From a virus (taxonomy: Duplodnaviria > Caudoviricetes), in IMG/VR virus record IMGVR_UViG_3300011339_000431, positions 1 through 31,548 of that record: DNA of 31,548 bases, one strand, 5' to 3'. The notes under the pieces were generated by a model. The model ran no database searches and had not been told where the DNA came from. It saw only the letters and a list, made by a program, of their open reading frames with translations. A program made the position numbers and the translations under genes. Below are positions 25,501 through 31,548 of the stretch, one piece after another; within the stretch, counting starts at the first letter, position 1, and each line of letters begins with the position of its first letter.

Positions 25501-27026
25501 CAAGACCCCATCCAAGATGTACTCACGCTGTTGCCGCCCTGCGCATTAACCCTGCGCATAGGTTCCTTGTATTCCCGATGCGCGACCGGGAACGCAAACG
25601 TCACGGCCAGCGCATCTGCTGCGTCGGGCGAGGCAAGGCCTCTCGATTTCATCTCTTTCTTACTCTCCAGAAAGATTGTACCCCGCGAGTCCGGTTTCAT
25701 CATAGGCGATATGAGGTCAGTTTTCAAGAACTTGTCCTTGGGTATGCTGGCCGACTTCAGCCATTCACGCATTTCCCCCCACATCTGCGCCCTCATATTC
25801 CCGTACATGATCGGGTTTTTCGACTTGTTGCCGAAGTTGACGCCCTTGATCTTGTACCGCTGTTCCTTCAACCTGTCCACGATTCCAGCACCTAGCCCGC
25901 CTTCGTCGATGACAACCAAGGCTGGCTTGTACTCCTCGATTACGTCGATCACATGACCGACCACCGTCATGGTGTCGTCGCCTTTGTACCGCTTGATCGC
26001 CACGATGTCCCGGCCTTGCCGGATGGCGATGACCGTCGAGTCAGCGCCGAACCGCGCCGGATCGACGCCGACGATGATGGGCGCGCTCAGGTCTTTGTAT
26101 TTCTCTCTTTGCATCGCTTCGTCCACCAGACTGCTGCCGATGAACTGATCGTCGCTTGCGTTAGGGAACGACCCGTACACCTCAACGTGCGCCTGGTACG
26201 AGTCCGACCCGTACTCAGCGATGATCTGCTCGTAGACCTGCTTGTCTGTACCCTCGACCGTGCGCGCGTCTACTTGCTTGCCGTGCCAAAAGTCCCGCTT
26301 GCTGTTGAACGCTTCGTAGAAGTACCCGCTGTTGCGCCGTGGGTTGCTGAACGCCAGCCAGAACCTGTTGGGCGTGTTCTCTGTAAAGAAACCGCCCGTC
26401 ACCGACCAGATCGAGTCGTCAATACCTGACGCTTCGTCAAACACCACCATCACACCGTCGTAGTTGTGGACACCGGCGTAAGCGTCGGGATTCTCAGCCG
26501 ACCACAGCCGACCCTCGACGCCCCAGTACCGCGTGCCCTTCTTCAAGTCACGCTCGACCAGTTCAGTCAACCATTTGGCTGGCATCAGCCTGGTGGCGCT
26601 GACCTCGAACCAATGGCTGTTGATCGACATCGCCAGCCACTTGGTGATTTCGGCCCATGTGACCGACCGCAACTGAGACTCTGAGTTTGCCGAGATGATG
26701 GTTGTCGAGCCGATCCGCGTGGACAACATCCAGATTGTCAACCAACTGACTAGGGCCGACTTGCCGATACCGCGCCCCGACGCCACCGCTAACCGCAAGG
26801 TATCGAAGTCAACCTTGCCGTTGTTTTGCTTGATGTGTTCGCGTAGGGCTGCGAGGACTTCTCTTTGCCACTTGCGCGGGCCGGTGAAGTGTTCCAGCGG
26901 CGTGCCTGCCTGACCCCAAGGGTAGGCGAACATCACAAACGCTAACGGGTCATTCGATAACGCGGGCGTCCACAACCTCGCCATTAAGGCTTGTTCGTCC
27001 GCCGCCGAGTAGATCGTCGTCTGCAT
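25500..27026 (-). CDS. terL: Terminase large subunit
   Basis: Walker A SGRGIGKS, Walker B VVFDEASG, coupling motif FSNP, nuclease GVDPARFG.D and SPD.ADALA. Confidence 0.95.
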   Translation of the reverse strand: MQTTIYSAADEQALMARLWTPALSNDPLAFVMFAYPWGQAGTPLEHFTGPRKWQREVLAALREHIKQNNGKVDFDTLRLAVASGRGIGKSALVSWLTIWMLSTRIGSTTIISANSESQLRSVTWAEITKWLAMSINSHWFEVSATRLMPAKWLTELVERDLKKGTRYWGVEGRLWSAENPDAYAGVHNYDGVMVVFDEASGIDDSIWSVTGGFFTENTPNRFWLAFSNPRRNSGYFYEAFNSKRDFWHGKQVDARTVEGTDKQVYEQIIAEYGSDSYQAHVEVYGSFPNASDDQFIGSSLVDEAMQREKYKDLSAPIIVGVDPARFGADSTVIAIRQGRDIVAIKRYKGDDTMTVVGHVIDVIEEYKPALVVIDEGGLGAGIVDRLKEQRYKIKGVNFGNKSKNPIMYGNMRAQMWGEMREWLKSASIPKDKFLKTDLISPMMKPDSRGTIFLESKKEMKSRGLASPDAADALAVTFAFPVAHREYKEPMRRVNAQGGNSVSTSWMGS

Positions 27027-27399
27027 AGTTGATTACTCGTTGTTGTGCTGCTTGAAGCGCGGCGGTGATCGAGATTGTCTGGTTGACTTCAATCTGTTGC
27101 TTGGCGACCCAATCGCACTTGTGCTTCAAGATTGTCTCGGCGGCTTTGGTATCGCCTGCCATTGCCGCTTTGTACAGCACTTCGGACAGTTCCATCTCGG
27201 CGTCCGCGCGGCCTTTCTGCGCGGCCAGATTAACCAGCGGGTCTAGTTGCGCGAGTTGATTGAACTCCTCCGGCAACAACCCTGCGGCTATCGCCAGCGA
27301 GTCGCCTTTCAACCCGCGTTTGGCAACAGCGTATATGCGCTCCAACCGCGCCTCTGTGGCCTGTACGCGCCGGGGTTCGTAAGGAAGTGATTGAAACAT
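26950..27399 (-). CDS. terS: Terminase small subunit (probable)
   Basis: Immediately upstream of terL; helical with HTH-like segment, KGRA..E...L...A..GD.KAA..ILKH...W. Start moved to ATG 27399. Confidence 0.75.
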   Translation of the reverse strand: MFQSLPYEPRRVQATEARLERIYAVAKRGLKGDSLAIAAGLLPEEFNQLAQLDPLVNLAAQKGRADAEMELSEVLYKAAMAGDTKAAETILKHKCDWVAKQQIEVNQTISITAALQAAQQRVINYADDDLLGGGRTSLNGEVVDARVIE

Positions 27400-27406
27400 G
27401 GCTGCG

Positions 27407-27434
27407 ACTATACCAAAAAAATAAAAATTGTCTG
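27407..27434 (-). promoter_or_regulatory. Late-operon promoter (extended -10), probably giving a leaderless terS mRNA
   Basis: Minus strand CAGACA-16 nt T-rich spacer ending TGG-TATAGT; 7 nt to the ATG; no SD. Confidence 0.6.
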
Positions 27435-27528
27435 CGAACGCTCCGTAGCCGCTGGCCCTTTGCGGCGGCCCTACCCGGCCCCCCTCCCAGGCGGCGGGCC
27501 TCGCGGCGTGTGTCATGTGTGCCATGGG

Positions 27529-27549
27529 GCAGGCAGCAGGCAGCAGGCA
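27529..27549 (+). repeat. Tandem (GCAGGCA)x3
   Basis: Three exact 7-nt units between the first two 19-nt repeats. Confidence 0.85.
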
Positions 27550-27873
27550 GGCCGAGCGCGGCGTGTGTGTCATGTGTGCCATGCTGCGGGCGTGTGTCAT
27601 GTGTGCCATGCCCACACAAGCCGGACACAATCCAACAATGCTCCGCGCTGCGCGCTTTGTGGGTCGTGTGGGTCAGGTGTGCCATCCAAAACAGCCCACC
27701 AAGTCGCGGCGGCGTCAAGCGCCCCGCTGATGCTCCGCAATATGTGGTTGATTTCATAAACTCAAAACACCATGACACACATGACACACCGCCTAGCGTA
27801 GAGCGTCAAAACAGGCAGCCCACGCCGTGCCATTCAACGACACACGCCGACCCACACTAAGGGTTTGTCCTAG

Positions 27874-27925
27874 TAGACTATGCATAAAACATTGCTTTAC
27901 AGTCTAGCCATCCGATCAACGGATG
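27874..27925 (+). promoter_or_regulatory. Early rightward promoter with overlapping palindrome and 5' hairpin
   Basis: TAGACT-18 nt-TACAGT; near-palindrome TAAAACA-T-TGCTTTA at 27885-27899; hairpin CATCCG-ATCAA-CGGATG at 27909-27925. Confidence 0.5.
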
Positions 27926-27943
27926 ACACACACGGAGCAACAC

Positions 27944-28156
27944 ATGACCAAGCAAAATCAAAAGCAACTCGACCGCGCATACGCGCAGGGATTCACCGCC
28001 TATCTGCGCGCGCTGGCGGTGATTCACCGCAGCAGCAGCACACGCACGCAGCGCGAGATTATGTCCATCATCGATGGCGGCGGCGAATTCGAGCCGAGCA
28101 TGATGGCGTACTTTCAATGGCGCAACGGCGCGCTTATTCACCGGAGCGAAGCATGA
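27944..28156 (+). CDS. Early hypothetical protein
   Basis: GGAG SD before ATG 27944; ATGA-coupled to the next gene. Confidence 0.7.
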   Translation: MTKQNQKQLDRAYAQGFTAYLRALAVIHRSSSTRTQREIMSIIDGGGEFEPSMMAYFQWRNGALIHRSEA

Positions 28157-28275
28157 CTATTTCCTGCCGTGACCTCGACACTTTCATCAGCACCATCGCC
28201 GGATTGGTGCGCGAGGGTTTGACTTTCCACGCCGACGCCAGCACCTGCGAAATTCGCCTGCTGGGCGGGTATTAA
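28153..28275 (+). CDS. Early hypothetical protein (40 aa)
   Basis: MTISCRDLDTFISTIAGLVREGLTFHADASTCEIRLLGGY; GGAG SD and ATGA overlap. Confidence 0.7.
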   Translation: MTISCRDLDTFISTIAGLVREGLTFHADASTCEIRLLGGY

Positions 28276-28293
28276 CTCAACGGAGAAACACAC

Positions 28294-28461
28294 ATGATCC
28301 CGAAAAGCCTTCACACAGTAACCGCGCTTCAAAATGTCGCGCGCCTTATCAACCCAAGCGCACCAGCGAGCGCCGTGCGCGCTGCTGCTGCGGCGCTCGG
28401 CTACGCCGACACGCCCGACGTGTACGGCCTCATTGAGCGCGCAATCAAAGGATTCAAATGA
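28294..28461 (+). CDS. Early hypothetical protein (55 aa)
   Basis: Manual translation MIPKSLHTVTALQNVARLINPSAPASAVRAAAAALGYADTPDVYGLIERAIKGFK*; GGAG SD, ATGA overlap with the next gene. Confidence 0.7.
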   Translation: MIPKSLHTVTALQNVARLINPSAPASAVRAAAAALGYADTPDVYGLIERAIKGFK

Positions 28462-28766
28462 AACCAGAAATCACACAAAAAGGCGCGCTCTATTCTTGCG
28501 AGTGCAACACCTGCGGCGCGACGCTGTTCACGCATGAGCGGGCGATGTATGACCACAATGAGCGCCGCGATGCCATGGAAAACGGCACGCTTCGCTGCGA
28601 TGAGTGCGCGCGCGGGCGCGCCGACGCCGACACATTCGGACGCCTCGCCGACGCACACGCGGCGCGACTGTCGATGGCGGGATACCTCGATTGCACCGAC
28701 TGGATATACGGGAGCAGCCCCGACTGCCTGCGCGATCAACTCAACGAAATGTATGGTGAAGCATGA
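28458..28766 (+). CDS. Early protein with putative zinc finger
   Basis: CNTC...CDEC pairs, C-terminal ARLS..GYLDCTDW; AAGGA SD. Confidence 0.72.
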   Translation: MKPEITQKGALYSCECNTCGATLFTHERAMYDHNERRDAMENGTLRCDECARGRADADTFGRLADAHAARLSMAGYLDCTDWIYGSSPDCLRDQLNEMYGEA

Positions 28767-29161
28767 ACAAAGCAGAACACACGCGCCGCGCGGCTCAGGT
28801 CGCCACACTCGCCCGCATGGGCTATTCGTACGAAGAAACGGAGCGGCTTGCAGCCATATCGCGCCGCTTGCGGCGATGGTATGAGCGCGAGTGCGGCGAC
28901 GGGAGCGGGCACATTGAACGCGACGAAGCGACGGGTAAGCCGTACGGCGTGCGCTATTGTGAGCGTACCGGCGCGCGACGCCGTTGGCCGGTGCCTGACC
29001 AAGAGCGCGGCGCGCTGGCGCGCCTCGCCGCCATCGCGCGCCATCCGTACTATCTGCAAACCGACCCGCGCGGCGCGACGCTGTATTTGCTGCGCGAGGG
29101 CGACGTGCCAGCAGGCGAGCGCGCCGAATCTTATTACACACGCGGCGTGTGCGTTTACTAA
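28763..29161 (+). CDS. Early hypothetical protein
   Basis: LRRW.E.ECG, IERDE.TGKP, QTDPRG..LY motifs; ATGA coupling. Confidence 0.75.
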   Translation: MNKAEHTRRAAQVATLARMGYSYEETERLAAISRRLRRWYERECGDGSGHIERDEATGKPYGVRYCERTGARRRWPVPDQERGALARLAAIARHPYYLQTDPRGATLYLLREGDVPAGERAESYYTRGVCVY

Positions 29162-29174
29162 TTAAGGGGAAAAC

Positions 29175-29375
29175 ATGACAAACCAGAAACAAATTCGCGC
29201 CGAATTTTGGGCCGCTCATCCGCACCTCGCCGAACAAGCGCGCGAGGCGGGCATTTTGACCGCTCCGCAGAATTGCCATTGTGCGACGGTGCGTTGCGCG
29301 TTTGTGGACTATATCGACGCGCTGCACCGCGACGGGCGCATCAGCGACGCGCTCGCAGGGAGGGCGACGCTGTGA
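29175..29375 (+). CDS. Early hypothetical protein
   Basis: TAAGGGGA SD; R.AFVDYID.L.RDG.IS..LA.RATL. Confidence 0.75.
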   Translation: MTNQKQIRAEFWAAHPHLAEQAREAGILTAPQNCHCATVRCAFVDYIDALHRDGRISDALAGRATL

Positions 29376-29455
29376 AGGACTGCATCGCCGCTGCTTTGAT
29401 TGGCCTCATGCTCGCCGCGCTCGCGCTGGCGTATTTTGATGTTTTGGTTTTTTGA
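29372..29455 (+). CDS. Small hydrophobic peptide (27 aa)
   Basis: MKDCIAAALIGLMLAALALAYFDVLVF; GTGA overlap, GGAGG upstream. Confidence 0.6.
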   Translation: MKDCIAAALIGLMLAALALAYFDVLVF

Positions 29456-29464
29456 GGGGGACAC

Positions 29465-29722
29465 ATGAAAACAACAGATTTGCAAAATTTCATCCGCTCA
29501 GGCGGCTTTGCCTGGCCAGGCGGCTACCCGCTCGCGCTCTTGATGGCGGATGGCGAGGTCATTGATTCGCTTTCGGCGCGTCGGAATTACCGCCTCATTA
29601 GGCGCGCTCAGGCGCGCGATTGGACACCCGTGGAGGTGTTCGTTCATTGGGAGGGCGAGCCGCTCATCTGCGCCGAGAGCGGGCGCTCTATCGAGTCAGC
29701 GTATGGGGGTGAGTCATGCTAA
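29465..29722 (+). CDS. Early hypothetical protein
   Basis: GAGGGGG SD; AWPGGYP..DGE...WEG...C...I.SAY. Confidence 0.75.
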   Translation: MKTTDLQNFIRSGGFAWPGGYPLALLMADGEVIDSLSARRNYRLIRRAQARDWTPVEVFVHWEGEPLICAESGRSIESAYGGESC

Positions 29723-29925
29723 CTTTCGAAAATGGGCTCGACATTCGCACACGCCAACAGCCCGCGCCTACTGTCGCGCGGTTTCGCGTGCGCGCTGCGG
29801 AGTATCGGTTTGTCATCATTGGGACGGAATACGGGCATGTTCACACTAGCGGCGGCGATGTTCGCACATGGGCAACCTACAGCGGCGCGCGTCGCCATCT
29901 TTTGAAAAGGGGCGAATCATGCTGA
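29716..29925 (+). CDS. Early hypothetical protein
   Basis: GGGGGTG SD; 7-nt overlaps with both neighbours. Confidence 0.7.
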   Translation: MLTFENGLDIRTRQQPAPTVARFRVRAAEYRFVIIGTEYGHVHTSGGDVRTWATYSGARRHLLKRGESC

Positions 29926-30341
29926 CACGCTGGAAAATGCCGGATCATTACGCGGGCGAGGTGTGGCCCGAGTATTTCGTTTTTCTTGGTCAGCATCGCG
30001 AGAGCGACGCGCTCACACGCTCAAATTTCACTTGCGCGCTGCGCGCCATAGGGGGCGAGGCGCAAGTGGTGCGCGAACGCCATTGGGCTGTTGGCTGGGT
30101 GGAATGGATTGCCATTCACCAAGACGACACCGAAACGCTCGCGCGGGCGTCGGCTATCGCCGAACGGCTCGCCGATTATCCCGTGTTGGATGAGGATCAT
30201 TTCGGAGAGTTAGAGTATTCGGAAGCCTGCGATTATTGGGCATCGATGAGCGTGCGCGAGCGTGTGAGCATTGCACGCGCGCAGGGCGTGAGCATATTCG
30301 CCGCGAGGCGCGATTATTTACCGGAAGGGGTGGAACTGTGA
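29919..30341 (+). CDS. Early hypothetical protein
   Basis: AAGGGG SD before ATG 29919; RESD.L.RSNF, HWAVGWVE, DYPVLDE motifs. Confidence 0.75.
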   Translation: MLTRWKMPDHYAGEVWPEYFVFLGQHRESDALTRSNFTCALRAIGGEAQVVRERHWAVGWVEWIAIHQDDTETLARASAIAERLADYPVLDEDHFGELEYSEACDYWASMSVRERVSIARAQGVSIFAARRDYLPEGVEL

Positions 30342-30853
30342 AAAAAGCCATTCAGTTCATTTTTGACTTAGAGGAGCAGGGGCGCTTATTTCATTTTGAT
30401 GATGACCCTGCCCAAGTGGTAAATTTCTTTACGGGCGCGCCCGTATTCAAGCCGGACGAATTACCCGAAATTCGCGCGGGCGTGGCGCATTGTTTCGCCA
30501 CGCTGCAAGACCCTTTTTTCTTTTTGTGTCAGGCGACCATGGACATACACGACCGCACCGAATTAGTATTTTTTGAGCATGGAGGTTATGCCATCCACAA
30601 TCCGACAATGAGCGAGTGCGGGCGCTTCGCCGTGTCGCCCGAGTATTACGGCTTTGCGCTTTACCATACGGGCGGCTCTAATACCGCATGGGAAAAGACG
30701 CTTACAGATGGCCGTTATCTGCTGTTGACTGACAGCGAGGGGGGCGCTGGCTCGACGCATGAGTTCAAGCAGGGCGACCCTATTATGTTGGGGCTGTATG
30801 AGGGCGAGGGCGAGCCTATCGCCTATTCCGAACTCACGGCGGGGGCACTATGA
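30338..30853 (+). CDS. Early hypothetical protein, possibly two fused domains
   Basis: GTGA overlap; N-terminal FHFDDDP segment, C-terminal GF...HTGG..AW segment. Confidence 0.7.
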   Translation: MKKAIQFIFDLEEQGRLFHFDDDPAQVVNFFTGAPVFKPDELPEIRAGVAHCFATLQDPFFFLCQATMDIHDRTELVFFEHGGYAIHNPTMSECGRFAVSPEYYGFALYHTGGSNTAWEKTLTDGRYLLLTDSEGGAGSTHEFKQGDPIMLGLYEGEGEPIAYSELTAGAL

Positions 30854-31059
30854 AACACATCGAAAACGCGCGCCGCGCGATTGAAATAATGACTGATCGC
30901 CGCGTGTCAATAATTATTGAAGACGAAAAGTATTCTTTGCTTGATGATGAGCGGTTTATTTTGGTTTGCGCGAAAACGCGCGAGCAGTTTATCGACAAAT
31001 TAGAGGCGTTTGTTGACGGGTGTATGTTCATGGGGGCGCGCGATGAAAGTCAGGATTGA
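30850..31059 (+). CDS. Early hypothetical protein
   Basis: GGGGG SD, ATGA overlap. Confidence 0.68.
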   Translation: MKHIENARRAIEIMTDRRVSIIIEDEKYSLLDDERFILVCAKTREQFIDKLEAFVDGCMFMGARDESQD

Positions 31060-31414
31060 AAAGTGCGCCGTTGTTTTGGCGGCGGTGAACGGGAGCGCGC
31101 GCGAACACACCTACACCGCGCTCGACCTCAACATGGTCGCTGACCGCGCGGAAGCGCAGATGGCCGCGCTGGGTTTAACCCTCGCGCAGCGCGCGGGCGC
31201 TGTGGTGCATTGCGTGTCGGGCGGCAGCGCGCCGAACGCATACAAATTTAGCCGCTGGCTGACTCGCGCCACGCTGACTCGCACCCGCAGCGGCTGGTGG
31301 CTCACCGACGCGCGCCGCATCAGCGGCTGGGCAGGGTTTGAGGCGCTATACCTTACGCCTGGCCAGGATGTTGCCGCCGTCGCTCATCTGCGGAAGGGGT
31401 ACAGATGTCAATGA
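31043..31414 (+). CDS. Early hypothetical protein
   Basis: GGGGG SD before ATG 31043; L..VNG.A..HT, RAGA, SG...PNAYK motifs. Confidence 0.72.
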   Translation: MKVRIEKCAVVLAAVNGSAREHTYTALDLNMVADRAEAQMAALGLTLAQRAGAVVHCVSGGSAPNAYKFSRWLTRATLTRTRSGWWLTDARRISGWAGFEALYLTPGQDVAAVAHLRKGYRCQ

Positions 31415-31464
31415 TCCTAGCGGCGATCATCGCCGCTATACTAGCCGTGCTATTACGTCTTTAA
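31405..31464 (+). CDS. Very small hydrophobic peptide (17-19 aa), last gene of the early operon
   Basis: (MS)MILAAIIAAILAVLLRL*; AAGGGG SD, alternative ATG 31411 overlaps the previous stop (ATGA); its stop abuts the terminator. Confidence 0.55.
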   Translation: MSMILAAIIAAILAVLLRL

Positions 31465-31489
31465 GCCCCGCTCACGCGGGGCTTTTTTT
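31463..31489 (+). terminator. Rho-independent terminator at a convergent junction
   Basis: AAGCCCCGC-TCAC-GCGGGGCTT followed by TTTTT. Confidence 0.88.
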
Positions 31490-31546
31490 CGCCTCTACCA
31501 TCGCGCGCAGTTCGGACTTCGCCGCGTCGGCCACGTCGGGGGCGCA
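31472..31546 (-). CDS. 3' end of a minus-strand gene entering from the right edge (possibly primase/helicase)
   Basis: Reads ...CAPDVADAAKSELRAMVEAKKSPA* with the stop inside the terminator loop; identity is only a recollection of similar C-termini. Confidence 0.45.
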   Translation of the reverse strand, partial: CAPDVADAAKSELRAMVEAKKSPA

Positions 31547-31548
31547 GA

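Larger units (their letters stand above)
27508..27932. repeat. Iterated 9-nt repeats TGTG(T/G)G(T/C)CA in direct and inverted orientation
   Basis: GTGTGTCATGTGTGCCATG exact at 27508-27526, 27565-27583 and 27592-27610; degenerate triple at 27658-27684; inverted copies at 27773-27790, 27838-27856 and 27924-27932. Confidence 0.9.

Noticed and set aside
27508-27610. Possible mini-CRISPR array
   Set aside because: Repeats are 19 nt built from 9-nt units, spacers are 38 and 8 nt and low-complexity, and there is no cas operon; the DUF2800 gene is a usual phage replication-module nuclease.
27400-27860. ORFs with MAHMTH / CHVCH / VSCVP repeats, including the N-terminal extension of the 226-aa terS ORF
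   Set aside because: These are translations of the 9-nt DNA repeats in different frames. A promoter-like element lies directly before ATG 27399, so the region is best read as non-coding. The CxxCH look-alikes are not credible haem motifs.
28401-29327. 308-aa minus-strand ORF across early genes
   Set aside because: Arg/Ala-rich shadow of GC-rich, well-coupled plus-strand genes; no independent motifs.

Overview
This window is most of a tailed-phage (podovirus-type) genome, with no host genes, integrase, tRNA or CRISPR array visible. Layout: (i) 1-311 (-) start of a replication operon (small ORF, then the 5' end of a DUF2800/Cas4-like nuclease) running off the left edge; (ii) 400-3741 (+) VRR-NUC nuclease, SNF2-like helicase and small middle genes (DUF3310, Zn ribbon); (iii) 3685-27399 (-) a long late operon with P22-like morphogenesis genes: terS, terL, portal, an inserted ~5.7 kb block of accessory structural/fibre genes including a second tailspike, scaffold, coat, gp4/gp10-like tail proteins, tailspike, GNAT protein, three ejection proteins and lysis genes; (iv) 27400-27940 a non-coding region with 9-nt iterated repeats between divergent promoters; (v) 27944-31464 (+) a coupled string of small early genes ending at a terminator, where a minus-strand gene arriving from the right edge also ends. 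The most notable observation is missing from the ORF track. Each of the two tailspike genes is immediately followed by a translationally coupled, homologous 24-26 aa micro-ORF (MINDLFEPPP[T/S]WW[E/A]II[K/T]EI...) whose DNA differences are mostly synonymous. Together with a shared 43-aa N-proximal segment, these bracket the two dissimilar receptor-binding regions like cassettes. All family assignments are from motif recognition by eye, not database searches.
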